Source: Cyanidioschyzon merolae
Taxonomy: Eukaryota
NCBI GenBank assembly: GCA_000091205.1
Contig: AP006497.2
Reading direction: 5' to 3' (one strand)
Length of the DNA: 64,000 nucleotides
Position 1 is the first letter of the stretch. Every line of letters begins with the position of its first letter. The notes beneath the pieces were generated by a model. That model saw nothing but the letters and a program-made list of their open reading frames with translations, searched no databases and was not told the origin of the DNA. Shown piece by piece: positions 22,925 through 33,752 of this stretch. A program made the position numbers and the translations under genes.

Positions 22925-23734
22925 TCAAGGGGCATAGATCACAACGTCTCCATCAAGAGCACTTGTCGAATGCTGCAATTCTTCCGGGTAGACGATGGAA
23001 ACGAGCGCATTCACTGTATTCCGATAATGTGCAAGCATCTCAACTGTCCCCAGTCGGTTCGCGACATGGAAAAACCCAGTAACGTGGAGTACCTGAGCCT
23101 TTGGATAGCGTTCTAAAGCTTCCGCGATACTGAAAGCCATTGTTGCGTCCCAGAGAGATTGCGCTTGGAGCATTCTCTGCATGCGCTCCTGTTGAGCTTG
23201 TGCAGAGCTCGGATCCGGTCGCATTACCTGCTGCATGATGGCCTGAAAGGCTTCGCTGTAGGCGTTACTGGGTGCAGGCCAGGGCGTCGGTGCGCACCAC
23301 GCACGTTCCTTCGGTGAGAGCGTCTCCATAACCGCTTGCTGGCCTTGTTTTGCCACTCGGCTTGTGATACTGCGAGGGGCGTTCGCGGCGAGTACAGCAA
23401 GGTTATTGGTGCGGGCGAAACGCACCAACGGCACGTACGGTTCGGGAACCACGCTCTCTATCTCGTCACGAAGCATCGCCTCGTTGAGTACATGTTGTTG
23501 GGATCGATCTAGGAACTCCAAAGAGAGCAAAAGTTGTCGATTCTGTCGTTGACTACTTAGCCACAGAGCTTCCAGAATACGAAGTTCAAGCTGCTGCGCG
23601 ACCGAGTGCTCGTGATTTTCACCAATAAACACGACTTGTTCACAAACTTCAGAGGCGAAGATGCTCAAAAGTTTTTCAAGGGATACCGACTGCCCACGGA
23701 AAAAACAACGGTGCACACCCGACGGAACCGCCAT
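22925..23734 (-). CDS. ChaN/Tiki/TraB-superfamily-like protein (haem-binding uptake ChaN-like, PF04187-type), 269 aa
   Basis: The N-terminal VVFIGENHEHSVAQQLELRIL resembles the GE(N/Q)H(D/E) motif and following helix of ChaN-like proteins. A second half carries VLHVTGFFHV. This is a motif-level call only. Confidence 0.4.
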   Translation of the reverse strand: MAVPSGVHRCFFRGQSVSLEKLLSIFASEVCEQVVFIGENHEHSVAQQLELRILEALWLSSQRQNRQLLLSLEFLDRSQQHVLNEAMLRDEIESVVPEPYVPLVRFARTNNLAVLAANAPRSITSRVAKQGQQAVMETLSPKERAWCAPTPWPAPSNAYSEAFQAIMQQVMRPDPSSAQAQQERMQRMLQAQSLWDATMAFSIAEALERYPKAQVLHVTGFFHVANRLGTVEMLAHYRNTVNALVSIVYPEELQHSTSALDGDVVIYAP

Positions 23735-23985
23735 GAAAGCAATATATCGTGAACCGGTCTATCGTGTGGATGCTTTCAAGTTTCAAGCGCCGCGGCTTGC
23801 CTCGTGCCGTCGTATCGGCTTTGAGGCGAGCGCTCGAGTTTTGAACCGTGTAATTGGTACTCACAGGAATTCATCGGTCATTTTCGTAACATTAGGAAGG
23901 AAACGCAACTTGCCGCGCTCGATGGGCAAGAGATAGGGAGCATGTGCCGAGAAAACGGGTACAGCAGTGCCATGCTAGAAGCGAA

Positions 23986-25261
23986 TCAGATGAAAAAGGA
24001 ACAGTAAACAGTTCGTTCTGGTCTAGATGTTTGATTTTTTCGGATCTTATGAACGATGTACAGCATCGACACTCAATGACCAAAAGTAGCACTATTGGAT
24101 TCATATGCTGTTTACCGATGCTCGGTCGCCGTTTCGGGATGGCATCTTCGGCGTTTCGTAGCTGGAATCGTAATGGAACCTAAACCATGAGCATTTATAA
24201 CGCCCGCGAGCAACGGCTCCTAAAAATACCCGATATCGTTATCCAGTGTATACGGACTGGCCTCCACGCTTCTCTGCTCTGGATGTGCAGCGTGCCCAAA
24301 TCGTGCATTCTTCGAGCCTCTTCGGTTTCTGTTCCGAGGCTACGACTGGGCGCATCAATGCTGGCCACTGGATTCTTGGGGAACTGCGGTCGACGTTCTC
24401 CCTTGACGACTTGTTTGCATGGTCATCCCGAAAGTCCACGGAGATGCTCATGTCAAACGATCGATTCGGTTCGAAAGACATATCCTGCTCTCTTTGTGGC
24501 CACCGAAGACTCCCGTTTTTTGGACAGCACCGTGATACCTCACTCTCTCACGGAGGTATGCTCCAAGAGGCTCTCCTCTGTCTCCCATTCGCATGGACAG
24601 AGGTCTTCGACTCGGACTTGAGCTGTCGCAGTGAACGCTCCCAGTGCAGCGCTCATTGCCGGTCCGCACTGAGCGATCACAGACAGATCGACGAATCTCG
24701 ACTTCCTCTACATCCTTTACTTGCCGTACGCTACGTGTTTCATCGCGGGTAGCATCGCGCTCCACAAATCTTTTTTCAAATGAAGCAGTGTGCGTTTGCG
24801 TGTGCAACGCATAGAGCAAGTGCCGAGACGATCTCCCGGAAAAAGCACGTCATCGAAGTGCGTCGCACCGGCTGCTGAAGCCGTGCATGGCATCGAAAGA
24901 GGCGTCCTGTGTCCATCAATAGGGTCTGTCTAGCGACCGAACAAAAGGTCACGGGTTATAGGACGGCGCTCGGTCGGGAAGATGCGTTGGACATACCGAA
25001 GCACCTGACCACAGTCAAGCGTTATTGCCCGAAAAGGCGCACCAGGCCGTATACAAAGATGAAGAATAGAACGGGCGAGGCGTGGATCGCTGCTGCTGAC
25101 TCTACGTTACCTTTTGTCGATAACAGCCAGACGCAGCGAGCTTCAGAAGAGAAAGCTGCCGTCAACTTCATTCAACAGCTGAAAAAGGCCAACGATCGCA
25201 GAAGAGACCTGAATACGTAAAGCCGGAGAAAACAGACTGAGAAAGGAGCAGAACGGCAGAC
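23986..25261 (+). repeat. Interspersed repeat family X, subfamily B, copy 2
   Basis: It is about 99% identical to 14791-16068. Confidence 0.75.
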
Positions 25262-25714
25262 GAATCCATCAAAGGCTGGTGCTTATGATACTGAGAAGAG
25301 ACCCAGACGCTACAGTGTCCGCACGAGTTCGTAGACCCGTCCCTTTTTCCTGGCAGTGGTGTAGTACAGTACACGGACTCTGGATTTCACTCGTTCAAAC
25401 TAAGAGCTCGATACCCCCGGATTCTCGACCGCTCATGCTCCTGGATACGTCGGTAATGCTCCAGACTGATCTACGCTGTTTCACTTCAAGAGCCGCAGCA
25501 ACGAGAACAAGCTCAATAGCGATAAACAGTTGTCGCTCGACGACCTGACGCCCGCCGGTGACGCCCACCGTAGCGACGCGTGCCCACCGGCGACGGAGCC
25601 CTGCAGAGCTCTATATTCTTCCTCGTTGACCTCAAGTAAGCCTTGGAGCGCACTGCAGTCCGCTTCTTTATAGATTGATAGATCGAACGATACAGGTTAG
25701 CTAGAGCTAACGAT

Positions 25715-28700
25715 ATGGAGGTTGAACAGGCGGCAACAATGCCCCAAGTTGCCAATGGAGGGGATTTTCCTCGAGGTAGAGACGATGATCTGCCGGTTAC
25801 CGCAGCTGCCGCCGTCACCTCTGACAGGCGGACTCGACAAACCGGAACGAAACGGAGTAAAAGAGCGAGCACCAGCGTGATCCGCAAGCCACAAAAAATC
25901 AACTTGTCACCGTTGGTGCGCTCTGAGCGGGCAAAGGTTCCCGCGTGGCTACAGGTCGGCGACCTCCAGCCAGGGACACTGCTGCTGGGTTGCGTCGTCA
26001 CCGTTAGGCCCGAAAGAGCAGTTATTCTCTTGCCTTACGGCATCTGGGGCACTTGTCCACTTGCCGGCACAGAGGCGCTGGAACGGAGCGCCTCGGGAGC
26101 TCCGACTGCAAGCGTGGCGGTTGCTGCCACCTTGAAGCTCCAACCGCAAACAATCGTGCGAGCCTGCGTTCTCAGCCGGCCACTTGCGTCCCACGAACTA
26201 GAGCCGGAGCGCAGAGCAACACATCAGAGTGGTAAACGCGAACGAAGCATCCATCTGAGCGTGGATCCGCGTCACGTGAACCGCGGGTTAGGTCTGTCGG
26301 AGCGGCTCGCGGACTATGGTCCCATTCAGGTGCGACTGTCGCTCCCGTTAGATGACGCACAGAAGCGTTTCACTGTCGAGGCGCTGGCAGAGGACCCGTC
26401 GCAAGATCGGCGTCTTGCGTTGCAGGTCAGCGGAGCGGGTGCAACTGCTTCGAATGATACGGGAATGGTGTGTTGGGCGTCGCTCGCATCATGGAACGAG
26501 CAACGACGTACAGGCATCCTACAGAATGATCCGAAAATGGTCGCAGAAGCGTTCACACGAGGCCATTGGACGCTCGAGCAGCTGAGTCCCGGAATGCTTG
26601 TGGAGGCACAGGTTCTATCACGTGACGAGCGCTTCGCCATCGTGCGCTTCCTCCAAGTCTTTGAAGGCATCCTTGAATGGTTCCATTTGGATCAGTGGGA
26701 AGACTTTGCTCGACTCGAGCCGGACGCCATTCTTCGTGTCCGCCTGATTTACATCGATTGTAGGCGTCGTCGGATCATGGTGACCGCCCGTACTAGTCTC
26801 GTGAACACGCTGACTCTGCCGCTATTGGTGTCTGCTGCCCGCAGGTATCACCGCGGCTCTTTCGTTGAAAGTCTTCGTGTGTTCAAAATAGAAAACGGAC
26901 GCGGAATCTGGCTCCGCAAGGACAAGGAGGCGATTTACTTTTTCGCGGATCGCAAGATGCTCAGCGATGAGCGATTTTCTCGAATGGAAAGGCTGTTTCC
27001 GCTGGGCACAGTCGTACCCCGCGCCCGAGTCGTGAGTCACATGGCGATGGAAGGCATCGTGCGCGTGAGTCTGAAGCCGTCTCTTCTTGAACGAAAGTTT
27101 ATGGACGTTTCAGAGTTGGAGCCTGGTGCCTTGGTGCGCTGTCGGGTCCTCGGATGGATATCCGTGACCCCGGCGACAGCGACTCCTTCACTGCGCGTCT
27201 CCATTGAGGACTGCCTCTCCGGTGAAATTCCTCTGGAGCTGCTCACCGATGTACCGGTCCAGTGGCGGCGACTAGAGAAGAAGTTTCCACCGGGCTCGCA
27301 ACTGCGATGCCGGGTCTGGCTCGTCTACCCCAAGCGCAAACAAGTGCTTTTGACAGCTCGCCGATCGCTCGTGGACTCGGACCTGCCGATTCTCGCTGGC
27401 TGGGATACCATGCAGCAGGGCCAAGTATACGCTGGTATCCTGGGGCCGCGCGATCCTTCAGGCGCATACCGTGTGCTTTTCTATCAACGCTTCACAGGTA
27501 TTCTGCCAGCAAATCTAGGAACGGAAATGGCCTCGTTCAAGTCCGGCCAAGTTATTCGCGTCCGAGTGGAACGAATCCATTCAAGGAGGGCGAAGCAACT
27601 GCTGGTGAGTCTAGATAATAGTGCAGTCACTGCGACGCCGATGGCGGCAGCAGCAGCAGCAGCAGCATCAGAGCAGCAGAGCGATCAAGGCAGGTTACGT
27701 CCAGGCACCCTTGTGCGTATTCAGAGCGCCTTTCGCGACCAGGTAGGGCGCATCCTGGCTCTCGTGTACATCGACGAGCCCCGCGCGAAAGACGCTGGTG
27801 CGCAGTCTGCGAAGAGAACTTGGCTTGTGCTGCTTCCTCGCCAGCATCTCACCGATTATCCGATGTTCCAGAAATCTTGGGCCGCTGATGCCGGTCTAGC
27901 CGCACTCTGTGACGAAGTTGCGCTAGTGATCGATGCTGGTCACACTGGAGACAGCTCTCTGCCGCTCATCTCGCATCGCTGGTCGCTCTGTCGAGCAGCA
28001 GCTTGTGGACTGCTGGATGACGGGGCGGTGGAGCGATCTGCACCTGGTTCCATCGGAGTCGGGTATGTGGAGCGGATAGGTGCCGCTCAGGCCTACGCTG
28101 TAGTGCGTCTGGGGCTATCGTCGCGACGGGTTCACGTCCAGCGAGCCCTGCTTGCCGATCGCTTCGTGGATCAATCCACGAGCGTGCTTCTCGAAGGCCA
28201 GCTTGTTCTCTACTCCGTTCGAAATGGATCTCGGTATAGTTTGCGCTACAGCGACGTCCAGCCTGCGCTCGAAACAGAGCCGTATCGCGAATTCTTCCAA
28301 GAGATGCGCTCTCTGGTGCCGCTCGTTCGAGAACTAGCGCGACTGTGGCGAGCACATGAAGCATCCCAATCCCTGGGTCTGAGCTTGCCGCTACCCGGCA
28401 CGCTTGTTCGTGGTCGCGTGCTTTACAGTGGCGACGATAGAATGGATATGGAGGTTCAGCACGAGCAGGTCATCTATCGGGGAGTCGTTGGATCGTACCA
28501 TTTTGTGGACACACAGGCTGGCGAGCAGGCTCCAACTGCCAGCCGAGAAACATCCACAACTCGTGCCGCAGTGGGGCAACTCTGCACTGCTTTGGTGCTC
28601 TGGATGGATCCACTTGCCAAAACAATGGTATTATCACGCAAAGCGAGCCTGTTGAAAACAGCACCGTTGCCATGGAGCGACGCTCAATGCCTAACTGCGA

Positions 28701-31700
28701 CCGATAGCACTGTATCGTCGTCACTAGGCGGATGTACTCGAGTTCAAAAGGCGCAGGTCTTGGCTGTCTATGGCCAAGTTGCTGTACTTTTGGCCCAAGC
28801 TCGCCTCGCGTTCATGAGTACCCTCGATATCAATGGACGCGGAACAGAGCGGCCTGTCCATGTCGGACAGCAACTCACGGTAACTGCTAGAACGGCGAAC
28901 GCAACAGCACGACCGCCTCCTGCACCTGCTGCTTCGACTCCTGCTGCTGACGACGAGAATAACGGAGCCAAGAACGGTGACGACGCTGCAGAGTGGCCTG
29001 CCTGGATGCGCGCCATGTTGCGTGCCAGTGTGCGACCTGCTGCTCCTAGTACAGAGACTGCCGCTCAGAGCGCGGGCGTTCAGACGAAACGGCAAGTGCC
29101 ACAACCGCTATCCAGACCGCCTGTACGTATCGGTGACGTCGTTACGGACGCCGAGGTGACGGCTGTGCACTCGTTTCAGGTACATGTGCGCTGGTCCGAT
29201 GGCCAAACAGGTCGCGTGCACATTATCAACGTAGAGAACGAGGGCGCCTTTCGGGAGCTTCAGGTCGGCCAGTTGCTGCCGCCTGCTCGCATTGTCGCTC
29301 AGCGGCGGCCGCGGCAGTGGGAACTCTCGCTGCGTCAACGCGACCTCGAAGCCACCGATGTATTGTCGTTGGACTCGCTGCCTCAAACTGGCGACCTTGT
29401 CGAGCGAGCAGTGGTGAAGACCACCGACCTCAATGCACAGGGTGACGTTTTGGCTGTATGGCTCTACGTTCGACCGGGGCTCGTTGCCCGCCTCTCACGC
29501 CTGGAGGCTACACCGCGAGTGCTCGATGAAAGCTGGGTACCCGGACGCTTTGTGCAGGGTCTACGCGTTCTCCGCGCGGATGCTGATCGCAAACGATATG
29601 ACTTGACCACAACGGACCCGCTGCTTGCTGGCCAGTGCATCACTGGGGCACGAGTACGGTCGGTGCATCCAGTGGATGGTATCGTGCGGGTGCAGCTTCC
29701 GCGAGGGCAAATGGGGGTCCTTTTTATCGGCTGTCTGCCCTATGAAGACCCCAAGGATCCATTCCGAACGCTGCAAGGTATTCAAAAACTGGATGTTTAC
29801 CTCGTTGAAGATTGGATTCCTTCCAAGCAAGTGCCGGTTACCGCGATACCGGAGCGTCAACCGCTCCGCTGGGCGCAACTCCACCGCGGTGATGTCGTCG
29901 GTGCTTTTGTGCGGCACGTTGACCAGGCGGGGGTCTTTCTGAACCTTGCTCCAGGGCTAGTTGCCAGGTGCCTATTGCGCGATCTCGCAGAGGGCTTTGT
30001 GCCCGACCCTGTCCAGGTGTATCCAGTCGGTATGCACGTGCAAGCGATGATCACCGACTGCGGCGGCAGTGACGCACGCCACGTACGCGTCTCGTTGCGA
30101 GCAGCGCAACAACAACAACAGCAGCAGCAGCAACGGGCCGTTGCAGCGGAGCAGGCACCAACGTCAGCGGTTCACATCGGGGGCGTGTATTTGGGGCGCG
30201 TTCGTCGCGTCGTTCCGTTTGGTATCTTTGTGGAGCTGCTGACAGATCGTACAGACGAGGGCGATGCACAAGTGCTCGCTACGGCGCTCTGTCATCGAAG
30301 TGAGCTGGTAGAGCAGGGACCATGGCCTCTGCCCGAGGAGCTTCCACAAAGGTTTCGGGTCGGTCAGCACCTGCCGGTGTTGGTGGTAGCGAGAGACGCT
30401 GCTGGTCGCTTGTCACTATCAGCGAAGGCCTCTTTGATAAAGGAGGCGTTGGCTACGCAATGCGCCTCTGCGAAGTCCATCGATGAGGTGGACTTGGGTG
30501 CTGGTTTCACTCCAGCGCTCAAGGACGTCATCGTGTCCGCCACAGAGGACGAGAATGTCGCGCACGAACCGATCTCTAGAAGCGGTAACTGCGACTCGCC
30601 AGCATCTGCGGCTACCAAATACGCAGCTTCATCTTTGATGGGGAGCGAACGATCTCCTCAGCAGAGGGATGCGATGGCGTGTCTGGGATCGAACACAACA
30701 GCACTCGATCATCTCGAGGAGAATACGGAGACGGAGGAGATGGAGCACACTGCGCACCAACCGAATGGCGTCTATGCAGCTGTGAACGGTGCATCGGCGG
30801 GTACGCTTCCGTTCCTCGCGATACCAAGCGAGACAGAACTGGTACGCGAGGACGCGGACACACATGCATCCAAAGATTGGTCACGGTCTGTCGATGAAGC
30901 ATCTGGGGCTGCAAGAGCACCTCTCGACGATGAAGCGCTAGAACGTGGCGAACGTGCGCTCGTAGAATCGTTGCACAAGCCACAGACCGCAGCAGACTTT
31001 GAGCGCGCGCTACTGGGGCGCCCCAACGATCCCCAGCTCTGGATCGGCTACATGGCCTTGCATCTCGCTACCGGGAACGAGCTTGAGGCAAGAGGCATCG
31101 CAGAGAGAGCTCTGCAAACAATTCACTACCGCGAGTACCAGGCTCGCATGCGTGTGTGGATTGCGTACCTGAACCTGGAGCGTTCCGCAAACGCTGCCGC
31201 GGATCCACTCGAGAGCGACATCTTTCGCCGAGCGCTTCAGAACTGTGATAGCTTGCAGCTGCACCTGCGCTTGGCGCGTTCCCTAGAGGCAGCTCAGGAA
31301 GTCAAACTCGCTGGCCGAGTCTACGAACATGCATGCCGACGACACGGTCACCAGACGGCGTCTGTTTGGATAGCGTATGGCGCATTCTGTTTCCTTCGAA
31401 GCTCACAAGAGGTCCTGGGGCGCACGCTTCTAGAACGAGCGCTACGAGCACTGATGGACCCCGCTCAGCACGTTCAGTGCATCCTCAAGTTCGCTACGTT
31501 TGAGTTCAAGGGTTCCGGTGAACCTGAACGCGGGCGAACGCTATTGGAGAACCTGATTCAGGCGTTCCCCAAACGATTAGACTTTTGGAACGTGTACTTG
31601 GATATGGAGCTGATGCTTTTACGCCAAGAACGCGGCAAACTCGAACTCGTTCGCAGATTGTTTCGTCGATGCACAGCGCTTCCCAATCTTAGTCTGAAAC

Positions 31701-31831
31701 AGGCCAAACACTTCTTCAAGCGATACTTGGAAGTGGAACGAGCATTTGGCGACGCGTCTTCCGTCGAGCACGTGAAGCAGGCCGCGCGCGCCTACGTTGC
31801 CCAGCGCACGGGCGAGGCGCCGCAGCGCTAA
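25715..31831 (+). CDS. RRP5: rRNA biogenesis protein RRP5 / PDCD11 homolog (multiple S1 RNA-binding repeats plus C-terminal HAT/TPR repeats), 2038 aa, single exon
   Basis: The C-terminus ADFERALLGRPNDPQLWIGYMALHL…ARGIAERALQTI…RMRVWIAYLNLE…FPKRLDFWNVYLDME…KHFFKRYLEVE is collinear with the PDCD11 HAT-repeat tail ([24 protein letters not shown]…LNVWVALLNLE…KFFFKRYLDYE). Upstream there are repeated about 70-aa segments with S1-like G-x-V pattern. Confidence 0.9.
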   Translation: MEVEQAATMPQVANGGDFPRGRDDDLPVTAAAAVTSDRRTRQTGTKRSKRASTSVIRKPQKINLSPLVRSERAKVPAWLQVGDLQPGTLLLGCVVTVRPERAVILLPYGIWGTCPLAGTEALERSASGAPTASVAVAATLKLQPQTIVRACVLSRPLASHELEPERRATHQSGKRERSIHLSVDPRHVNRGLGLSERLADYGPIQVRLSLPLDDAQKRFTVEALAEDPSQDRRLALQVSGAGATASNDTGMVCWASLASWNEQRRTGILQNDPKMVAEAFTRGHWTLEQLSPGMLVEAQVLSRDERFAIVRFLQVFEGILEWFHLDQWEDFARLEPDAILRVRLIYIDCRRRRIMVTARTSLVNTLTLPLLVSAARRYHRGSFVESLRVFKIENGRGIWLRKDKEAIYFFADRKMLSDERFSRMERLFPLGTVVPRARVVSHMAMEGIVRVSLKPSLLERKFMDVSELEPGALVRCRVLGWISVTPATATPSLRVSIEDCLSGEIPLELLTDVPVQWRRLEKKFPPGSQLRCRVWLVYPKRKQVLLTARRSLVDSDLPILAGWDTMQQGQVYAGILGPRDPSGAYRVLFYQRFTGILPANLGTEMASFKSGQVIRVRVERIHSRRAKQLLVSLDNSAVTATPMAAAAAAAASEQQSDQGRLRPGTLVRIQSAFRDQVGRILALVYIDEPRAKDAGAQSAKRTWLVLLPRQHLTDYPMFQKSWAADAGLAALCDEVALVIDAGHTGDSSLPLISHRWSLCRAAACGLLDDGAVERSAPGSIGVGYVERIGAAQAYAVVRLGLSSRRVHVQRALLADRFVDQSTSVLLEGQLVLYSVRNGSRYSLRYSDVQPALETEPYREFFQEMRSLVPLVRELARLWRAHEASQSLGLSLPLPGTLVRGRVLYSGDDRMDMEVQHEQVIYRGVVGSYHFVDTQAGEQAPTASRETSTTRAAVGQLCTALVLWMDPLAKTMVLSRKASLLKTAPLPWSDAQCLTATDSTVSSSLGGCTRVQKAQVLAVYGQVAVLLAQARLAFMSTLDINGRGTERPVHVGQQLTVTARTANATARPPPAPAASTPAADDENNGAKNGDDAAEWPAWMRAMLRASVRPAAPSTETAAQSAGVQTKRQVPQPLSRPPVRIGDVVTDAEVTAVHSFQVHVRWSDGQTGRVHIINVENEGAFRELQVGQLLPPARIVAQRRPRQWELSLRQRDLEATDVLSLDSLPQTGDLVERAVVKTTDLNAQGDVLAVWLYVRPGLVARLSRLEATPRVLDESWVPGRFVQGLRVLRADADRKRYDLTTTDPLLAGQCITGARVRSVHPVDGIVRVQLPRGQMGVLFIGCLPYEDPKDPFRTLQGIQKLDVYLVEDWIPSKQVPVTAIPERQPLRWAQLHRGDVVGAFVRHVDQAGVFLNLAPGLVARCLLRDLAEGFVPDPVQVYPVGMHVQAMITDCGGSDARHVRVSLRAAQQQQQQQQQRAVAAEQAPTSAVHIGGVYLGRVRRVVPFGIFVELLTDRTDEGDAQVLATALCHRSELVEQGPWPLPEELPQRFRVGQHLPVLVVARDAAGRLSLSAKASLIKEALATQCASAKSIDEVDLGAGFTPALKDVIVSATEDENVAHEPISRSGNCDSPASAATKYAASSLMGSERSPQQRDAMACLGSNTTALDHLEENTETEEMEHTAHQPNGVYAAVNGASAGTLPFLAIPSETELVREDADTHASKDWSRSVDEASGAARAPLDDEALERGERALVESLHKPQTAADFERALLGRPNDPQLWIGYMALHLATGNELEARGIAERALQTIHYREYQARMRVWIAYLNLERSANAAADPLESDIFRRALQNCDSLQLHLRLARSLEAAQEVKLAGRVYEHACRRHGHQTASVWIAYGAFCFLRSSQEVLGRTLLERALRALMDPAQHVQCILKFATFEFKGSGEPERGRTLLENLIQAFPKRLDFWNVYLDMELMLLRQERGKLELVRRLFRRCTALPNLSLKQAKHFFKRYLEVERAFGDASSVEHVKQAARAYVAQRTGEAPQR

Positions 31832-32045
31832 GCCACTCCGACGCGATGCACTTGCGAAAGACGCGCCCTTCTCTCGTTTCCATAAAGCATACTCACGAGG
31901 CATACAAGCCCAGCATCAAGGTTTGAGGAGCCTACAGCGAATTCATCGTGCTTTTCTCGCTCAAATACATCAAGCGTACTTGTTCTCGTTTTCATAGAGC
32001 GAACCCATGGAACACGCACGCTCACGAACAAGGTTCAACGGTCGT

Positions 32046-32243
32046 TCAGCGAAGTCGTCGTGCTTCGCGTTCGCTTTCGAGGAGCGTGAGGATGTCGCCC
32101 TCGCGCACTGGACCCTTCACGTTGCGGATGATCGAACGATTCTGATCATCCAGAAACTCCACCCGAACTTGAATGACACCACCCCGGGACCCAGTTCGCC
32201 CAAGAATCTGTTTCACTCTTGCAAGTTTTACCGGTTGATCCAT
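32046..32243 (-). CDS. RPS28: 40S ribosomal protein S28e (65 aa); true start at the internal Met of ORF 32046-32372
   Basis: [65 protein letters not shown] is near-identical to eukaryotic eS28, including the invariant C-terminus [22 protein letters not shown]. Confidence 0.9.
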   Translation of the reverse strand: MDQPVKLARVKQILGRTGSRGGVIQVRVEFLDDQNRSIIRNVKGPVREGDILTLLESEREARRLR

Positions 32244-33268
32244 CGCAAACACAAGCGAACTTGGATGCAAACGCAGGCACACAGCGCTCAACAAGAAACA
32301 ATGCGAAACAGCGCGTCCTGAATGCGACAGATGCGCACGCAGCGTCGTCGCTGCGGCGCGCCGCGATGTCACGCGCCTAGCCCGATGTGACGTTCGCGGT
32401 GCGATGCGCCAAGCACCAGCGCACGCCGACGGGCGGCGGCGTAACCGCGGGATGCTTCACCTGCAGTATCCCTGGATGTGCGAATTCGGCGTGGAACTCG
32501 GGGAAAGGAACCTCAAGTACCGCAGAGCACTGAAGACGCTGCGTCAAAATTCTGACGAGTAACGCATTGAGGACGAATCGGTCGCGTGATTTCCACAGTG
32601 CCGAGCGCATTCGTGTCGTTCAATGGGGTGAACTTGGGGCATTCTTCCACATGGGTCCAGATGTTTATAGGGTGCAAGTAGTTAGCAAATAGGCCGTTGT
32701 TCATGTACAGGCACTTTCGCAAAACGCCAGATTCAGAGGACGCTTGCGTATGGCCTTAGTAGCGAGACCCTGCGATGATGCTGGTGGCGAGTCGGGCGCT
32801 GGTGCTTACTGCAGCACCAGATGCACAGCCCAGAAGTGTGTCGCGAGAAGGAACGGTCACGCGGTAACTGCCTCTGCTTTTTGGTTTCACACCTGCACTG
32901 TCCACGTTTCTTTCTCTCTGTCCAACACTTGATGATCGCCATCATGGTTCAGAGCCCGTCGCATGGAAACTTCAGCGGGATGCAATTCCATGACAACGGA
33001 TGCGCTGGATTCGTGCTGAAGCCCACGCACGCTCAGCGATGTTGTTCTGTCTGGGAGGAAACGAGACGACGCTGGAACATCCACCATCGAAAAACTTGCC
33101 TACAGTCTGCTCCGCGTCAACAGAGTCGCTGGATGGACTGATCTGTGGCTCGTGCGCAGCGTCCTCACATCCGCTAAAAACAAGTGATGATCGCTCGTCT
33201 GGTTTTGGGCGGCAACTGCACCTTTAGTGGACTACTGTGCGACGTATCCATCAAACTGCATGAAGCGA

Positions 33269-33562
33269 GAAGCCGACGCCCTCTGTGTGTGCTACGGCAA
33301 CGCCGTACTGTCTCCGTGCAGCGACCGCACCGGCGCTATAGACGACATTGCGGTCGCTTTTGGCAGGCACTAGGCACACACGATAGGACGTATGAAACGA
33401 CCAGAATATCCGAGAAGAAGTATAGGTCATGTAACTTGGAGGTAGCGGGTTTGATGGATACTTCACCGCGCACTGAAAAAACACAAAGAAACAGAAAGAA
33501 AAGAAAAAAGCGCATAATCGGAGAACGCTGGTCTATGGAAACGTTTTGTCAATGAAGAAAAG
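33269..33562 (+). mobile_element. 5'-truncated copy (292 bp) of the LINE 3' end, flanked by a perfect 18-bp target-site duplication tcaaactgcatgaagcga (33251-33268 and 33563-33580)
   Basis: The element aligns to 4622-4888 and ends …caatgaagaaaag. An identical 18-mer lies immediately on both sides, which is the hallmark of target-primed reverse transcription. Confidence 0.8.
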
Positions 33563-33752
33563 TCAAACTGCATGAAGCGAAAAGGCGCCGCCGCCGCCGC
33601 TGCCGCCTGCTGCGCAACGAAACATCGCGCGACGTCCAAGTCCGATACAAGCTCTGCTGCTACACATCACGCCTGTAAACGTACTCGCCGCGAGTCGCGT
33701 CGTTCTTCTGTACTTTGTGAGAGCGCTTGGGAGCATGCCTGGTTGAGCACGA

